From the human T2T-CHM13v2.0 reference genome, Homo sapiens, in assembly GCF_009914755.1 (NCBI RefSeq), contig NC_060927.1: a stretch of 64,000 nt of DNA, one strand, 5' to 3'. The translations under genes were made by a program, and so were the position numbers. The notes below the pieces were generated by a model that had not been told where the DNA came from, made no database searches, and saw only the letters and a list, made by a program, of their open reading frames with translations. This document shows, piece after piece, positions 17,146 to 31,860 of this stretch (positions are counted from its first letter, which is position 1; each line of letters begins with the position of its first letter).

Positions 17146-20100
17146 ATTACCCATTATTACAAACTGATGACAACTTTACATTGATTGCACAAACAAATTA
17201 ACAAACAAGCAAGGAGAAAACTAATAAAAACTCTACACTTTAATTCCTTCTCCACTTTTAAACTTTTTATTATTTCTATTTATATATTATCATACTATGT
17301 GTTGTAAAGTTGTTGTAGTTATTATTTTTTATCAGTTCATTTTTTAGTCTTTCTATTCAAGATATGAGTAGTTTACACACCACAATTGCAGTATTATGAT
17401 ATTCTGCATTTTTCTCCACAGTTACCAAAGACAGGAGGTTTTGTACCTTCAGATAATTTCTTATTACTCATTAATGTCCTTTCTTTCAGATTGAAGAACC
17501 CACTTTAGCATTTCTTGCAGGACAGATCTAATGTTGACAAAATGCCTCAGCTTTTTTGTCTAAGAAAGTATTTTTTTCTCCTTTATGTTTGTAGGATATT
17601 TTCACTGGATATACTATTCTAGGATATAAAAAAAATTCTGCTTCAGCACTTTTAATATGTCATGTCACTCTTTCCCAGCCTGTGAGTTTTCCCGAGAAGT
17701 CTGCTGCCACATGTATTGAAGCTCCTTTATTTGTTATTTGCTACTTTTCTCTTTCTGTTTTTAGGATCATTTCATTATCCTTGTCTTTGAGAGTCTTATT
17801 ATTAAATGTCTTGAGGTAGTATTCTTTGGGTTAAATCTGCTTGGTATTCTATAACCTCCTTGTAATTGAATATTGACACCTTTCCATAGGTGTGGGAAGT
17901 TATCTGCTATTATCCCTTTGAATAAGTTTCTACCCTGATATCTTTCTCTACCTCTGCTTTAAGGGCAGTAACTCTTGGATTTGTCTTTTTGAGGCTATTT
18001 TCTAACTTGTAAAAATGTGCTTCATTTTTTTTTCTTTGTTCTTTTGTCTCCTCGGTGATTTTCATATAGCCTGTCTTTATACTCACTAATTATTTCACCT
18101 ACTTGCTCAATTTCTGCTGTTAAGAGACTCTGATGCATTCTTTAGTATGTCATACGCATTTTTCAACTCCAGAATTTCTGCTTTTTTAAAAATAATTTCA
18201 ATCTCTTTGTTAAATCTATCCCTGATAGGATTCTGAATTCCTTTTGTGTTATCTTGGATTTTATTGAGCTCCCTCAAAACAGTTATTTTTAATTCTCTGT
18301 CTGAAAGGTTACTTACCTATGTCTCTCCAGGATTGGTCACTGGTTCCTTACTTAGTTCATTTGGTGAGGCCATGATTTCCCAGATGGTCCTGATGCTTTT
18401 AGATATCCATCAGTGCCTGGGCATTGAAGAGTTAGGTATTTACTGTAGTCTTCACAGTCTGAATTCATTTTTACCAATTCTCCTTGGGAAAAGTTTTCAG
18501 GTATTTGTGGGGACTTGGATGTTTTGATGTAAGTATTTGGTCACTGCAGCCATATCTGCTTTAGGTGGCACTTCAAACTCTATAATTCTGTGGCTCTTGA
18601 AGACTTGTAGAGGTACTGCTTTGGGGTCTTGGGTAAGATCCAGGAGAATTCTCTAGATTAACAGGTAGAGACCCTTGTTCTCTTCCCTTACTTCCCCTAA
18701 ACAAAAGAAATCTCTCTCTCTCTCTCTCTCTCCGTACTGAGCTGCCTAGAGCTTGGGTAGGGGTGACACAAGCACCCTTGTGGCCAACACCAGTGGAACT
18801 GCACTGGGTCAAACCTGAAACCAGCACAGTACTAGGTTTCATCCAAGCCCTGCAGTGACCACTACCTGTCTACTCATTATGTCTCCTCAAGGCTCAAGGA
18901 GTCTACAATCAGAAGGTAGCAATACCAGCCAGGCCTGTTTCCCTCCCTTCAGGGTGGCAAGTTACCCCAGCCCCAAGCAGGTCTGGAGGTGCTGTCTGGG
19001 AGCCAGGGCCTAGAGTCAGAAACCTTAGGAATATGCCTTTTGCTTTTTTCTACTGTGGCTGACCTGACACTTAAGCCACAAGAGAAAGTCCTTCCTACTT
19101 CCCTCTCCTTTCCTCAAGCAAGTGATTCTTTCTTAATGATCATCACCATCACCCTGGGTCCATTGTGAGTACTGCCTGGCTACCCCTGATATTCACTCAA
19201 AAATCAGGAGCTCTTCAGTTAACTCGTGTGAGTGCTGCCATTTGTGAGTCTCTCTCTTAAGGACAGTGGGCTTCTCTTTGGCTAAGAACAGGTCCCAAAA
19301 TGCCATGCAGGAGCCAAGACCTGGAATCTGTGATCCCAGGTGGCTGTTTGGTGCTCTACACTACTGTGGCTGAGCTGGTACCCAAGCTGCAAGACAAAGT
19401 CCCTGTTACTTTTCCCTCTGCTTTCCTCAAAAAGAAGGTCTCTCCCCATAGATGCTACAGCTGGAAATGTGTAGGTCACATCTGAAGCCAGTATGGCTCT
19501 GAGTCTTACTCAGGACTCATGACAAGTACTGCTTGGCTACCACTGATTATTCTGCATCCAGGGGCTCTTTCGTTAGCAGGTGATGAATTCTGCCTTGACT
19601 GGGTCCTTCCCTTCAAGGCAGAGGAGTTCACTTCTGGTGTATCTAGAAATGTTGTGTAGGAGCTAGGGCCTGGAATGGGGGCTTCAGGACTCGGCTTGGT
19701 GCCCTATTCTATTGTGGTTAAGCTGGTATCCCAGTTGCAAGACAAAATTCTATTTACTCTCTTCTCTCCTCAGTCAGAGGGAAGGAAGGTGACTCTTCCA
19801 GAGCTATGAGTTTCACTGCCTGGGATTGGGGGAGGGTCGATGCAAGCACTCCTTGGTTATCCCAGCTGGTGTCTCACTAGGTCACGTGCACCGCAAGTCC
19901 ACTGGCTCTGAGCCCAGCACAGCATAACAACTTGCCCAGGAATTGCAGTCCTTGTGGCCTAGATTGCCTTTCAAGTTTATGTAGGACCCCAGAGTTATTT
20001 GGCCTACCCTGGTGGGGATTCTGGAACTCAGGTTCTGACCGCTGGGTTGGATGGTTTGCCTCTAGCTAGGTCTGATCTATATGCTCTTTCTGTGGCTGCC

Positions 20101-20657
20101 AGCCAATTTCTGCCCCATGTTGCTTTCAGCTGTCACAGGCAGCACTGAGTTCCAATACAAAGTCCCATAATCACTATGCTCTCCCTCCCCTAAGCACACA
20201 GATTCTCTCTCCGTGCCACATGGCTGCTGCCAGAGAATGAGGGAGGGGTGGGGCAGGCGATTAAAGACTGTCTTTCCCATCCTCTTTATTGCCTCTTTCT
20301 TTAATATGATGTTAAAACCAAGTACCATGATCAATCACCTGATTTTGGGTTCTTAGGAAGGTGCTTTTTGTGTGGCTAATTGCCCAACTTGGTGTTCCTG
20401 CAGAGGGTGAAGGAACAATCACTGGAGGATTCTATTTGGCTATCTTGCTCTGCCTCCTTTATAAAATCCATTTTAAATATCATTCGAGAAAATGTTTTAT
20501 ATAAATAGAACATATAAAATGTATTTTATTAAGTAAGAACTATTTTCATAAAATAAATAGTTTCCCACTGCACTGTCATTTGTAATCAGAGGTTGCAATT
20601 AGTTGTATTCTCCTTTCTGTGTGCCAATATACTTTAGTCATCTGAAAAATATTCAAT

Positions 20658-20721
20658 TAATAGGTATTCAATATTCAACTAATATTGAATACCTATTATT
20701 CAACTAATATTGAATACCTAT
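20658..20721. repeat. 18-bp-arm inverted repeat overlapping a 25-bp tandem duplication
   Basis: Arms 20658-20675 and 20681-20698; identical units 20672-20696 and 20697-20721. Confidence 0.95.
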
Positions 20722-21089
20722 GATGTGCCAAGTATTCATTTATTTAGGTTAATAAGACAATATTAAACACACACACACAGACACAGACCCACACACACAA
20801 ACATGCAAATGAAAATGAAACCAAAAATAACCAACAGTTCCTGTCTTCAAAAGGCTTATGGTCTCTTTTCCTCTAGTTTATGCCTATTTTTGCCCATTAA
20901 ATTCCTATCTGTTAAGGAAAATACTGTGGCTAACACCCTCTGCAGCTTTTCTCATTTCATTCACCATAAATATGAAACTCTACCTTGAACCCATACCTTA
21001 TTTAAACAAGAAGTATCAAAGAGAGTACTGCAGATGTTTGCCATATTTTCTGGCTGATCCAAATATTTTGTAAAATATTAATATATTTA

Positions 21090-21590
21090 GATAATGCCTA
21101 ATATTACAAATTCTTCCTCTTCAAAATAGGACATGGAAAAACTTACCTCACCAGGCTACTTTGTAGTTAAAGCACAGGTAGATAATCTGTGTTCCACCCA
21201 TGAGACTTAACCGTTCATTAAGACCAAAGTGAACTTGAGGAAGTAAGCTCTCCATGAAACCTCTTTTGCTAGAAAATGTAGCAGAGATGTCTGGCTTTGT
21301 GGTCTGGCAATATTGCAAGCTTCATTTCCTGAAATAGGAAAAACACTGGTGTGATTATGGCAACAATTTCTTAATAGCTTGAGGAGGCAATGGATACCCC
21401 CTCAGCATTTTTATACTCAGCCCATTCTTCAGTTGGTTTAGGTCATTATTATTCCTAGAAGCTTGTCTGGCAGTTCTTTATCTAGCTCTCCAAATACTCT
21501 GATAGCTGCCTAACATGGTTTTATAACATTTTTAGTTAAATCAATCACTATTGGATTGTATTCACTGAAGGTAGAACTCAGTCTAGAACA
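21090..21590 (+). mobile_element. Possible ancient MaLR/ERVL LTR (MLT1J/LTR33-like)
   Basis: Weak motif resemblance. Confidence 0.35.
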
Positions 21591-21679
21591 GATTCACTGA
21601 AGATGTCTCCACCTTACTTGTACCATGCTTTGAAACTTTTTGTCTATTTTTATTCCTGTGTGTTTTCCCAAGATTCCTA

Positions 21680-22170
21680 TTGTTTATCTCCTAAAACATA
21701 GAACTTTATAAAAATGCATGTCCACAGGCAGACTTATACATGAATACTTCCAGAGCTCAATCCATATAGCTCTAAATTGGAAAAACCAAATGTCTATTAA
21801 TTCATTAATGGATAAACAAAGAGCAGTACACCAATATAATGAAATATTACTCAGCAATAAAAAGGAACAAGATACTAACATTACTGTCACAAAAAGGCTA
21901 CATACTGTTTGATTCAATTTATGTTACATTCTGGAAAATGCTAATCTATAGGAATAAAAAATAGATGAGTGAGTCATAGGGGGATAAAGATGGGGGGAAA
22001 AGAGTAACTTGAAAGGATACCCAGAGAACTTAGTGCAGTAATAAAATTGTTTTTGTCTTGATTATGCTGGTGGCTAGACAAATGTATACATTTATCAAAC
22101 TCATTAAATATACAAAGTTTGAATTTTATTATATGAAAATTACATCTCTAAAAACCTGAATTAAAATATA
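21680..22170 (+). mobile_element. Old L1M ORF2 end/3'UTR fragment
   Basis: 'aaattggaaaaaccaaatgtctatt...aatattactcagcaataaaaaggaa'. Confidence 0.75.
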
Positions 22171-22246
22171 ATGAAGCAAAAATGGATAGATAAGTATCAC
22201 TGAAAGTAGATCAAAAGCAATATATATTACCAGAGATAAATAAGGA

Positions 22247-22387
22247 CTTTTTTTTTTTTTTGAGACAAGGTCTCACTATGTCACCCAGGCTGGAGTGCAG
22301 TGGCAGGATCATGGCTCACTGCAGCCTTGACTAGCTGGGCTTGAGTGATCCTCCCACCTCATCCTCCTGAGTAGCTGGGACTACAGC
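22247..22387 (-). mobile_element. AluJ right-arm fragment
   Basis: Poly(T) plus 'gagacaaggtctcactatgtcacccaggctggagtgcagtgg...gggactacag'. Confidence 0.9.
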
Positions 22388-22399
22388 TAAATGCTTTTG

Positions 22400-24285
22400 C
22401 TCTATTCAACATTATATAGCCTGTGTATAAAGGCAGAAAAATAGAAATAGACAAAGCAGAGATGGGAAAGAAAAACAGCAAAATTATATCTTCCCAGATA
22501 AACATAAACGATCCTTCCCCCAAATCTCCAAAAATCTATACAAACTAATAAGCAAATTTATCAAATTTGTAGATGTAAAGTCAATATACAAAAATCAATT
22601 ACATTTCTATATACTCATAAGAATTGTACATTATTTTTAAAAAACAATAGCATCAAAATATGAAATATTTAGTGATAAATTTAACAAAATATGAGCAATA
22701 TCTATGCTTAAAGCTACAAAGAATTGCTGAAATAAATCTAAGATGACTGAAATAAATGAATTCAATAATATTATAATGTCAGTTCTCCCCAAATTTATTT
22801 AAAGATGCAAAACAATCTCAAATAAAATTATAGGAGGTCATTTGAAGAAACTAACCAGCTGATTTTAGAATTAATGAGGAAGTGCATAGGATCTAGAGTA
22901 TACAAAACAATTTTGAAAAGAACAAAATTTTAAAATACATATAATTAATTTTAAGATTAGGAATAAGCACTGTAACCAAGGCAGTGTGGTGTTTTCATGA
23001 AAGTAGACATAGAGGTGAATGGCAGAGAAAACAGAGTCCAGAAATAGACACACATATAAATTGTCATTTGATTTTCAATAGAGGTGCTGAGATATTTTAT
23101 TGTAAAAAGGGTAGTTATTCAACAAATGGTGCTGGAACAATAGAATATATGCAAAATAATTAAGTAAAGCACTAAATAATGATCCTAACCTCACACCATA
23201 CACAGAAAGTAATTTGAAATGGATGAAAAATGTGAGAACTAAAAAATGTAAAACTTATACAAGAATATAAAAAGTAAGTCTTTGTGATTAGGGGTAGGCA
23301 AAGATTTCCTAGATAGGACAGATCAAGGATGAACTATAAAATAAAAATTGATAAATCGGATTTAATTAACTTTAATTTTGTATTTCAAAAGACACTTAAG
23401 AAAATAAAAGGGCCTACAACACTGGGGAAAATATATGCAAAAGTTATACCTGATTAAAGACAAATCCAGAATGTATAAAATTTCTTACCAGTTAATCATA
23501 ACAGGACAAAATCAAACAAAAAGTGGGCAAAAGCTTTATGCAGACACTTTACCAAATGTGAAGTATGAACAAATGGCAATATTCAACATCATTTCACATT
23601 GGATAAAGAGCCATGAGATGCTACTGCATACCCACCATGATAGCTCAGATTAAGAGTGCTAATAATTTCAAGTGTTGACAATAAATTAAACAACTTGCTT
23701 TCTCATACGCTGCTAGTAGGAATGCAAAATAGTATTCACTTCGGAAACCATTTGGTAATTTCTTATAAACACACACATCCCTGTGACCTGACAATCTCAT
23801 TTCTACATGTTATCTGAAAAGACATGAAAACACATATCTATACTCAGACTTATATGTGAGTGTTCATAGAAGCTTTATCCATCATAAGCAAAAACTGGAA
23901 ACAAGAAAATTGTTTTTCATATGGCAAAGGGAAAAACACATTGTGATGTATCCATATAAGAGAATATTATTTAGCCTTAAAAAGAAACTGATATAGGAAA
24001 TAAAATATGTAAACTCAAAATTAAAAATTATATTCTGTATACCATGTATATGAAATTCTAGAAAAGAACAAGCTATAGTATTAGAAATGTATCAGTTTTA
24101 TTATTCAAGTACCAGGTGCACGAAGAGGGGATTGACTGTAAAAAGTTATAGGGGAACATTTTTTTCATGCTAGAAATGTTCTATTTGTGATTGTGATGGT
24201 ACTTACATGACTGCACACATTTCATAAACTCATGAAATTGTACATTTAAAACTGGCAAATTTTATTTTATGTAAATACTATCTAG
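22400..24285 (+). mobile_element. Old L1M (L1MC/MD/ME-like) ORF2 3' half and 3'UTR
   Basis: Continuous degraded ORF2 homology (e.g. 'ttcaacaaatggtgctggaacaa') ending in an L1M 3'UTR. Confidence 0.85.
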
Positions 24286-26824
24286 AAGCGCAGTTTAGGA
24301 AATAATACTTGTAGCACTAAATTATCTAAATATGTTTGTTTTACCTCCATTAATTATTAAAACAATACTAGGACCAGTCTGCATTGTTTGTAAGCTGTTT
24401 GCAGATCTTATTTATTGGGCTAGGAGTAAGCTTAGATGAGAATGGAGTTAGATTTCTTTTATTTTGTAGTGTTTAGGGATAAATTCTAGTATCTTCCTCA
24501 AAGAAGGAAACAAAACATAATGAATCCATTTCTTAAGGTCCCCCAGAGAGCTATCAAGTGATGCTGCTCTATCTGAAGTCACTAAACATCTCTTCTCTAC
24601 AGATGCCCATCCACTCTTTGTGCTTCTTTTCTGTATGCAAGTACACCTCTATTTCTATGTTCTGTAAAACAAAACACCTCCATCTGGGTGATCATCAGAG
24701 ACTCTTTTCTGTCTTTTGCTGATTCCAAGCCTCCAGTTTACAATGAGAGAAATGTTGAAGATAACTCTAGCAGAACAAAGTTCTGGGTAGGGAAAACTCT
24801 CTGAGTCATTCTTCACTGCATGCTGCTTTGCTTTCTCTTTGCCTTTCTCCACCAAATTACGGCACTCCATTCAGTGCTTTCTCAACTGAGTCCTGTGTCA
24901 GCAACTTTCTGCAGCTGCAAGAGCAGCTGCTGCTTCTACCTCCCTCTCCTCACTAGTGACTGTCATCATGTCCAGCCAAAAAAATACAAATTCTTTCTAA
25001 AGTTTCTGTCCTTGACTCAGTGTGATGTAGTTCTAGAAATTCTAGAAATGACTTCAGAAGTCTTTAAAGAGGAATGCTCCGAAGGAGCATCTTCTTAGTA
25101 GGAATGATATTTGTAACAACTGATGCTAGCAAAATACTTTTACCTAATTAGAGTCATTTTGTCGTTTTTACATAGCCAAGTGAACTCAAGCATTAACAAC
25201 ATTAAATGACCTGCAGTAAATAGCATAGCTAGGATAAGTATCGGCCACCATGTTCTTCCAGTAGCCTACATTGCCTCTGGCCGTGGTTAGAAATTGTCAC
25301 AATCCCAGTTCAGAAGCGTGTTCAGAAGCCCTATCAATACTCCAAGGTTTTCTGTCTTAAAATAAAGCTTATTCAATACTAATATTTCAGCTTCCAGAAA
25401 GAGTTCTGGGTTTATGAAGGATCAGAATGCCATCCCATGTAAGAATGTGTTTCCAAATGGTTCAGAGAACCAAGGTAAAAGGTAACGACTTCTCCACTCA
25501 TGCCCTCCTCCTTGACTGCAATTTGATGTCACTCATTTCTCAGGCTTAGCTATTTATCCCTTTTGTTAACCTTTCCAATCTCTTCATGGGAAATCACAGA
25601 TCACATTGATTAGACCAAAATTTTCTAGACCAAGACTCTGGCCCTGATAGAATAATACCCAAACACAACAAAGTATTATGTATTATATACTTCGCAATAT
25701 CTAAATATATCATCAAATATATTTAGTGTTCATAAATTATATCATGGTATTTTTAACATGATCATCAATCAGAGATCTGCATTTCTAATTATAAAACTGG
25801 TGTCTGGGTTCCAGTTCACTTGTTTACAGATTATGGCAATGGCAGATAAGATAATTAAGTATTTGTAACTCTCATTCAAATTTCCTTGCCTACAGGCTTA
25901 TAAAATGTTACCTGTTGTATATATTTCACAGGGATTGTGAAAATCATATGAACCATAAGCTCACTTATATTATAGTACTTTGAAAGCTATTAAGCATTAT
26001 GCAAATGTAAGGTAGCATTCTTAGTAATGATAGTACCTTGATAATATGTTATTCATCATTTCATCTATATTCTTCCAAAGGCTATCTATACAGGAAACTG
26101 TACAAACTCTTTGAATTAGTACCGAGTATTGAAGACAGCACATTTATTATCCTTTGCCTCTCCTCTTCAAGCCTCAGTGGAGGCTCGTTAGAGCTATTCA
26201 CATTCTCAGCTACTTATTGGATCTACTTTTGTCCTATCAGCTCTCTGACTTCATTGCTCCAGATTACAGGACGGAATATACTTAAAGTCCTCTTACATGA
26301 TTTCTGAGAGCCATTCCATTCACATCTCTGCCCCTTGGCTTTTACTATAAGATCTAAGACTTCCTAACCCAGATTCTCTGAGTCCAAATAACATTTTTTG
26401 TGCTTCCTTTCCAATTTCTCCTTTTACCTGCCTACTAAACCCTGTCAGTTCCTTGGATTATAACCACACTTTGGAATAGGGAAGTGATAAATTTGACATT
26501 TTTTTCTGCACCTATATTAAAGCAAAAGAGGTTCACACTTCTCAGATTTTTCATAAACCAATTATATACAAACAATAAGAACTAGTTCTAATTCTGGTCT
26601 GCTTCACAACCAGGCAGGCAAGTAACAACTCAAAATGGTCCAAACACCTAACAATTGCTGAAAGTTCACATAAATTTTCAGCTACATGCTTTTTATATTT
26701 TTAGACACCTTCTGAAAGTACTCATAATATTTTTGCCAAATTCACCCTATCCTTAGTAGACTACGTGAGTGATACTCTTACTGGTCCGGGTAGATCTAAA
26801 GGTGAGAGATAATTGATGTTGTTT

Positions 26825-27053
26825 TCTATACTAACCTTATCAATGTTGTTATTCACAATTTGGCTTCTAGTTCTAACCTAGCAAATTGCAGATTAACATT
26901 TTTCTACATCTATGCCTCCAATCTGTATTCAGATTGCCCTCTATACTAACTTTATCAATGTTGTTATTCACAATTTGGCTTCTAGTTCTAACCTAGCAAA
27001 TTGCAGATTAACATTTTTCTACATCTATGCCTCCAATCTGTACTCAGATTGCC
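26825..27053. repeat. 115-bp tandem duplication (2 copies)
   Basis: 26826-26938 versus 26941-27053, two substitutions. Confidence 0.97.
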
Positions 27054-28670
27054 TACGATAAATCACATAAGTCACCAACAGCAACCACTTTCTAGGCTTT
27101 GTAATAATAGCCAGATGTCTTCACTCAGTTGGTCAGCTCAAACTGGTAGTCTCATCAACATCTTTTGTGGACCTGTGCTGGCAGGTGAACAATTAGGGGG
27201 ACAATTCTCAGGTCACAGCAGGTGGAATAAACCTCCATCTTCCACTCAATCCTCTTTGTAATATATTCATCCCTTTGAAAACCACCCATAAAGTTGGTGT
27301 TAGGCTGACTCTTTCTATAAAACACAAGCTTTTAAGGTAGAGAGAGGCACAAAATATGATTTATTTGTCCTAAATGGCTCCTGTGTAGAGTGCCTGGGTA
27401 ATCTGCTTTAGCACTGATTTCAAGTGTCAGGCTCATGTTCCAATAAAGATACCCACTAAAAGAGATTTTAACCAGTTCCTTAACTTCCTTACCTTGGTAT
27501 TTGAAAACAATAATAAAAGAACTTTGTAAAAATTGTAAAAACTTAATGTGTGATTTTTTAAAGTGTCTTGAATTGTGAAAAAATATAGGGCTTGACTTCA
27601 TATTAAATATAGTGTTCTTTGAGGAAAATTCAGTTCATTACTTCTATAGAATTGACAAATTTTAAACTTTTCATCAAATTCACACATGTAAGTTAAGAAT
27701 TTTGATAGTTAAGATGAAAAAGTAAAATCAGTAGAGGGTCTGTCATTTTGTGCTGAAGTTATAAGAAAATTCACATTTTGTCTCCTCCCACTGGTGTTTA
27801 ATTTGTATGTATCTCCTGTCTTAATCACCATGGCATAGGCTTGAATTTATGCAAATGATTACCATAAACCGTTTTCTTCATGGTGATTCTCATATTTCAA
27901 GAATTAATTAGTTATACTATAGGGAAATTTTAATGTTTAATTAATAGGAGAAATTTAAGTGATCTTAATTGAGCAGAAAAGAATTTTTCTTCTAAAAGTT
28001 TATTCAGAATCCAGATGTTTCAATAAAAATAGAAATGCTATGTAACACCTGTGGCTATCAAAAACAACTAGATTTTGTTTTTGTGGTTTCAGTGTGCCAA
28101 TGCATAGCCTAATTCTAAGTAAATGATGAATAGGTAAATACCAACATTTTATGACATTTACGTAAGTAAAATTTCCTCCTGACATTAAACAGGTTGTCAG
28201 CATCTAAATCTCATTTGTCACCATCCTCCAACACCGTTGTTCTTAATAACCTCTTGAAACTTTTAATTCCCTTTCAACTTTCCTTATCTGGCAAAACAGC
28301 ACAACAAACACCTCTTTAATTTACTATCTTGCCGTACCACATACAGAAAGTTCTGGGGTGTCTGTAATGGTTTAGCATTCTAGGAGTGACATGCAGTAAA
28401 ATTAGTTGAGGAAAGACTTAATAGTAAGCTGGAGATGACAAGGTATAAAGGAAAGATCTCAGAGTACAGAACAGACATAAAAGTCAGTTTCTTAGATGTG
28501 AAAGGTGTGCTTTACCTCTAGTAGGTCAAATAAAAAGTCATTATCCATTCTCTTTGTAATATATTCCTCATTAATTCTTCCTTATTAACCCCAGATCATT
28601 TTGTAGAGTTTAAGACGATTCTTTTGTTTTGGTTGATTTGGCCATTTGAAGGCAAGTAAAGAATAACTAA

Positions 28671-29546
<876 letters not shown>

Positions 29547-30214
29547 AATGAGAACAGAATACCTTGAGTTGCTGAGTCTTTAGAGGCATATTTAAAATAC
29601 TTAGTTCTATGTATTTATGGACCACAGAATGTACTTTGAGTATTCAAAATAGTAGTATTATTTTAACACTACATGTAATTTATCTATTCAGGATAAAGAT
29701 GTCTAGCAATGGCATACTTCTTTGTTTGAAACCACAATGACAGACCGTAACTGACCAAAGACTCCTTTCCATGGAAAGCAAACAATATTAAATACAAACT
29801 AAATAATGCCATATACAAATGTAATCATAACATGTGAGCAAGGAGGGAAAGATCAAGAGAGAAACTTCAGAAGAAAGAATGCTGCTAGGACCCTTGTTCA
29901 TCAGACAGCCATGATCCCTCATATGCACACATATACACACATACTTACACACACACATGCTAAATGTACTAAGTGGATAGGTCATACTTAGATGATTTCA
30001 AAGTCACACTTACCTTAAAGTCCGTTTATATACTGATGAATTTTATTTTTATTTTATTATTGATAATGCTATTTTAGACTTTTTAGCTGTTACACTATTA
30101 TACTTCATTATTGTAGTCAAAGCAATTTATACCAGAATTGTTTGTTTTAACATTTGTTTTATGTGTTGCTTGTATATTCTTTTATAGACCTTCGAATACT
30201 AAGTCAGAAAACAC

Positions 30215-30830
30215 TGTTATGGTGGTTTTGTACTGTGTTGTGTTGATCTGAAAGTGAATTCCTCAGAATTCCCTTTCCTATATCATTCTGAGTTAGTATT
30301 AACCACTAGGAAATTTGCATGAGATCTAGAAAGCAGAAATAAAGGTTAATGTAACATTCTTTCACCACAAGAGTGCATTCTCAATAATTGCTAATATGCT
30401 GGGACCCCTTGGTGTCAGGTCAGCTGGGCCTCACTCCCTCTATTTCCCTTCATATCTCCTCCTTCATACTCTCTAAGTGCTGGACCAGATGTACCTATGG
30501 TTGGTTGGAGAAGGGTCCAGCTTCTTCTGCAGGTCACCCACTTTGTCAAGGTTGAAGGTAGACAAAGATAAGGACTTCAGTCTACACATGGGTTCCAATT
30601 TATCCTCACAAATTCTAGTCTGTCCTCATTTCCCAGTTCGTGTTCAATATTTTTTCCCAACTGCTAGCCCTACTGAATATAGAGACTCTAGACCCACCAC
30701 CAGATGCACAGGCGATAGCCTCCCATAAATATCTTCAACAACTTCCACAATCCTGTCCATTCTAATCTGTCATTCCATATCACTCATAGTAGCGGTATGC
30801 TTCCCTAATTGATCCTTAAGCGGCACAAGT
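30215..30830 (+). mobile_element. Probable MLT2F/E-like LTR
   Basis: 'ctcagaattccctttcc...gaaatttgcatgagatctagaaagcagaa' resemblance. Confidence 0.5.
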
Positions 30831-31319
30831 GTTTTCTCTCTACACCATGTTGGAATCAAACATGTTTTATTCATTTTCACATTTAGGAGCTTCTCAGAGA
30901 GTAACTGAATTCTGTGTCTGTTTGTCTATGGATTCCAATTTTAAAATGTGAATATCAAGGGGGTTATGATGTACACAAACACTTCTGCAGCATGGAATAT
31001 TTGTTGGTATAAATGAAAAGTCCCACATTTTGGAAAAAAAAAACAAATTGTCTGCATGAAAATAAACACATGGGTTGACTAAACCCTACAAATCATTTAA
31101 TCTAAACCTTCCATTTATGGTTGTAGAAACAAAGGACAAGATACTTACCTGTGGTCACAAAATAGTGTTGTAGTGGAGCTGGGACCAAAGTGCACTCCAG
31201 CTTAATTTCCTCTCCATACCTTCTTAACTCTTGACTTATTATCAGGTTTTGGGGAAAACCACAGGGAGTCTCAGTTGACTTCAAATTTACTAAGATTCAA
31301 AAGGGTAAGAAGATATTCA

Positions 31320-31860
31320 AACATGCTAACGTGACAAAAGGCTGTGTTAATAAAGTATAGTATCTACTGTAAGAAAGGGTATAATTTCACTGTAGCCTCA
31401 CCTGGTCAGACCATTTATGCATTTGAGCACTTAAAAGATCCTAGGTAATTTAAAAAGAAGGTGAGCAGAATTATATGTGTGTTTAACACTCTGATAAGCA
31501 AAGGCTAGAGAATCAGGGTTATTTTAACTGAAGAAGGGAAGAAATGGCAGATATACCTGTAACTTAATATTTGAAGAACTTCCATAGAGAAAAAATAAAT
31601 TTATTATGTGTACTTTTTTAGAGTGTAAATAAGATAAATTGTTAGATATTAGAGAGGATGGTTAATATTTCAAAATACTTTATTAAAAAAATAGGGAATT
31701 TCCAAGCTAAATAGGTTGCCATGTAATGCAGTGAGCTTCAAATCAGTGGAAAACTTCAGAGGCTTTGATGAAAACCTATCAGGTAGTTTTTGTAAAGAAT
31801 TCCCAATAGAGTGGATGTTAGAATTAATGACTTCTAAGACTCTTCCTGTTTCTCTGCAGC
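31320..31860 (+). mobile_element. CR1/L3 3' fragments
   Basis: 'ctggtcagaccattt' and 'agaattaatgacttctaagactcttcc' are typical of L3. Confidence 0.55.

Noticed and set aside
24655-25098. Overlapping 71- and 92-aa ORFs in unique DNA
   Set aside because: No recognisable domain and no convincing splice signals; lengths are compatible with chance
26825-27053. Direct repeats here and at 40596-40650 as a CRISPR-like array
   Set aside because: Only two copies each, no spacer series, eukaryotic context
31694-31703. Isolated perfect NF-kB 10-mers (also ~3273 and 33471)
   Set aside because: Single motifs, two of them inside old repeats, expected by chance in 64 kb
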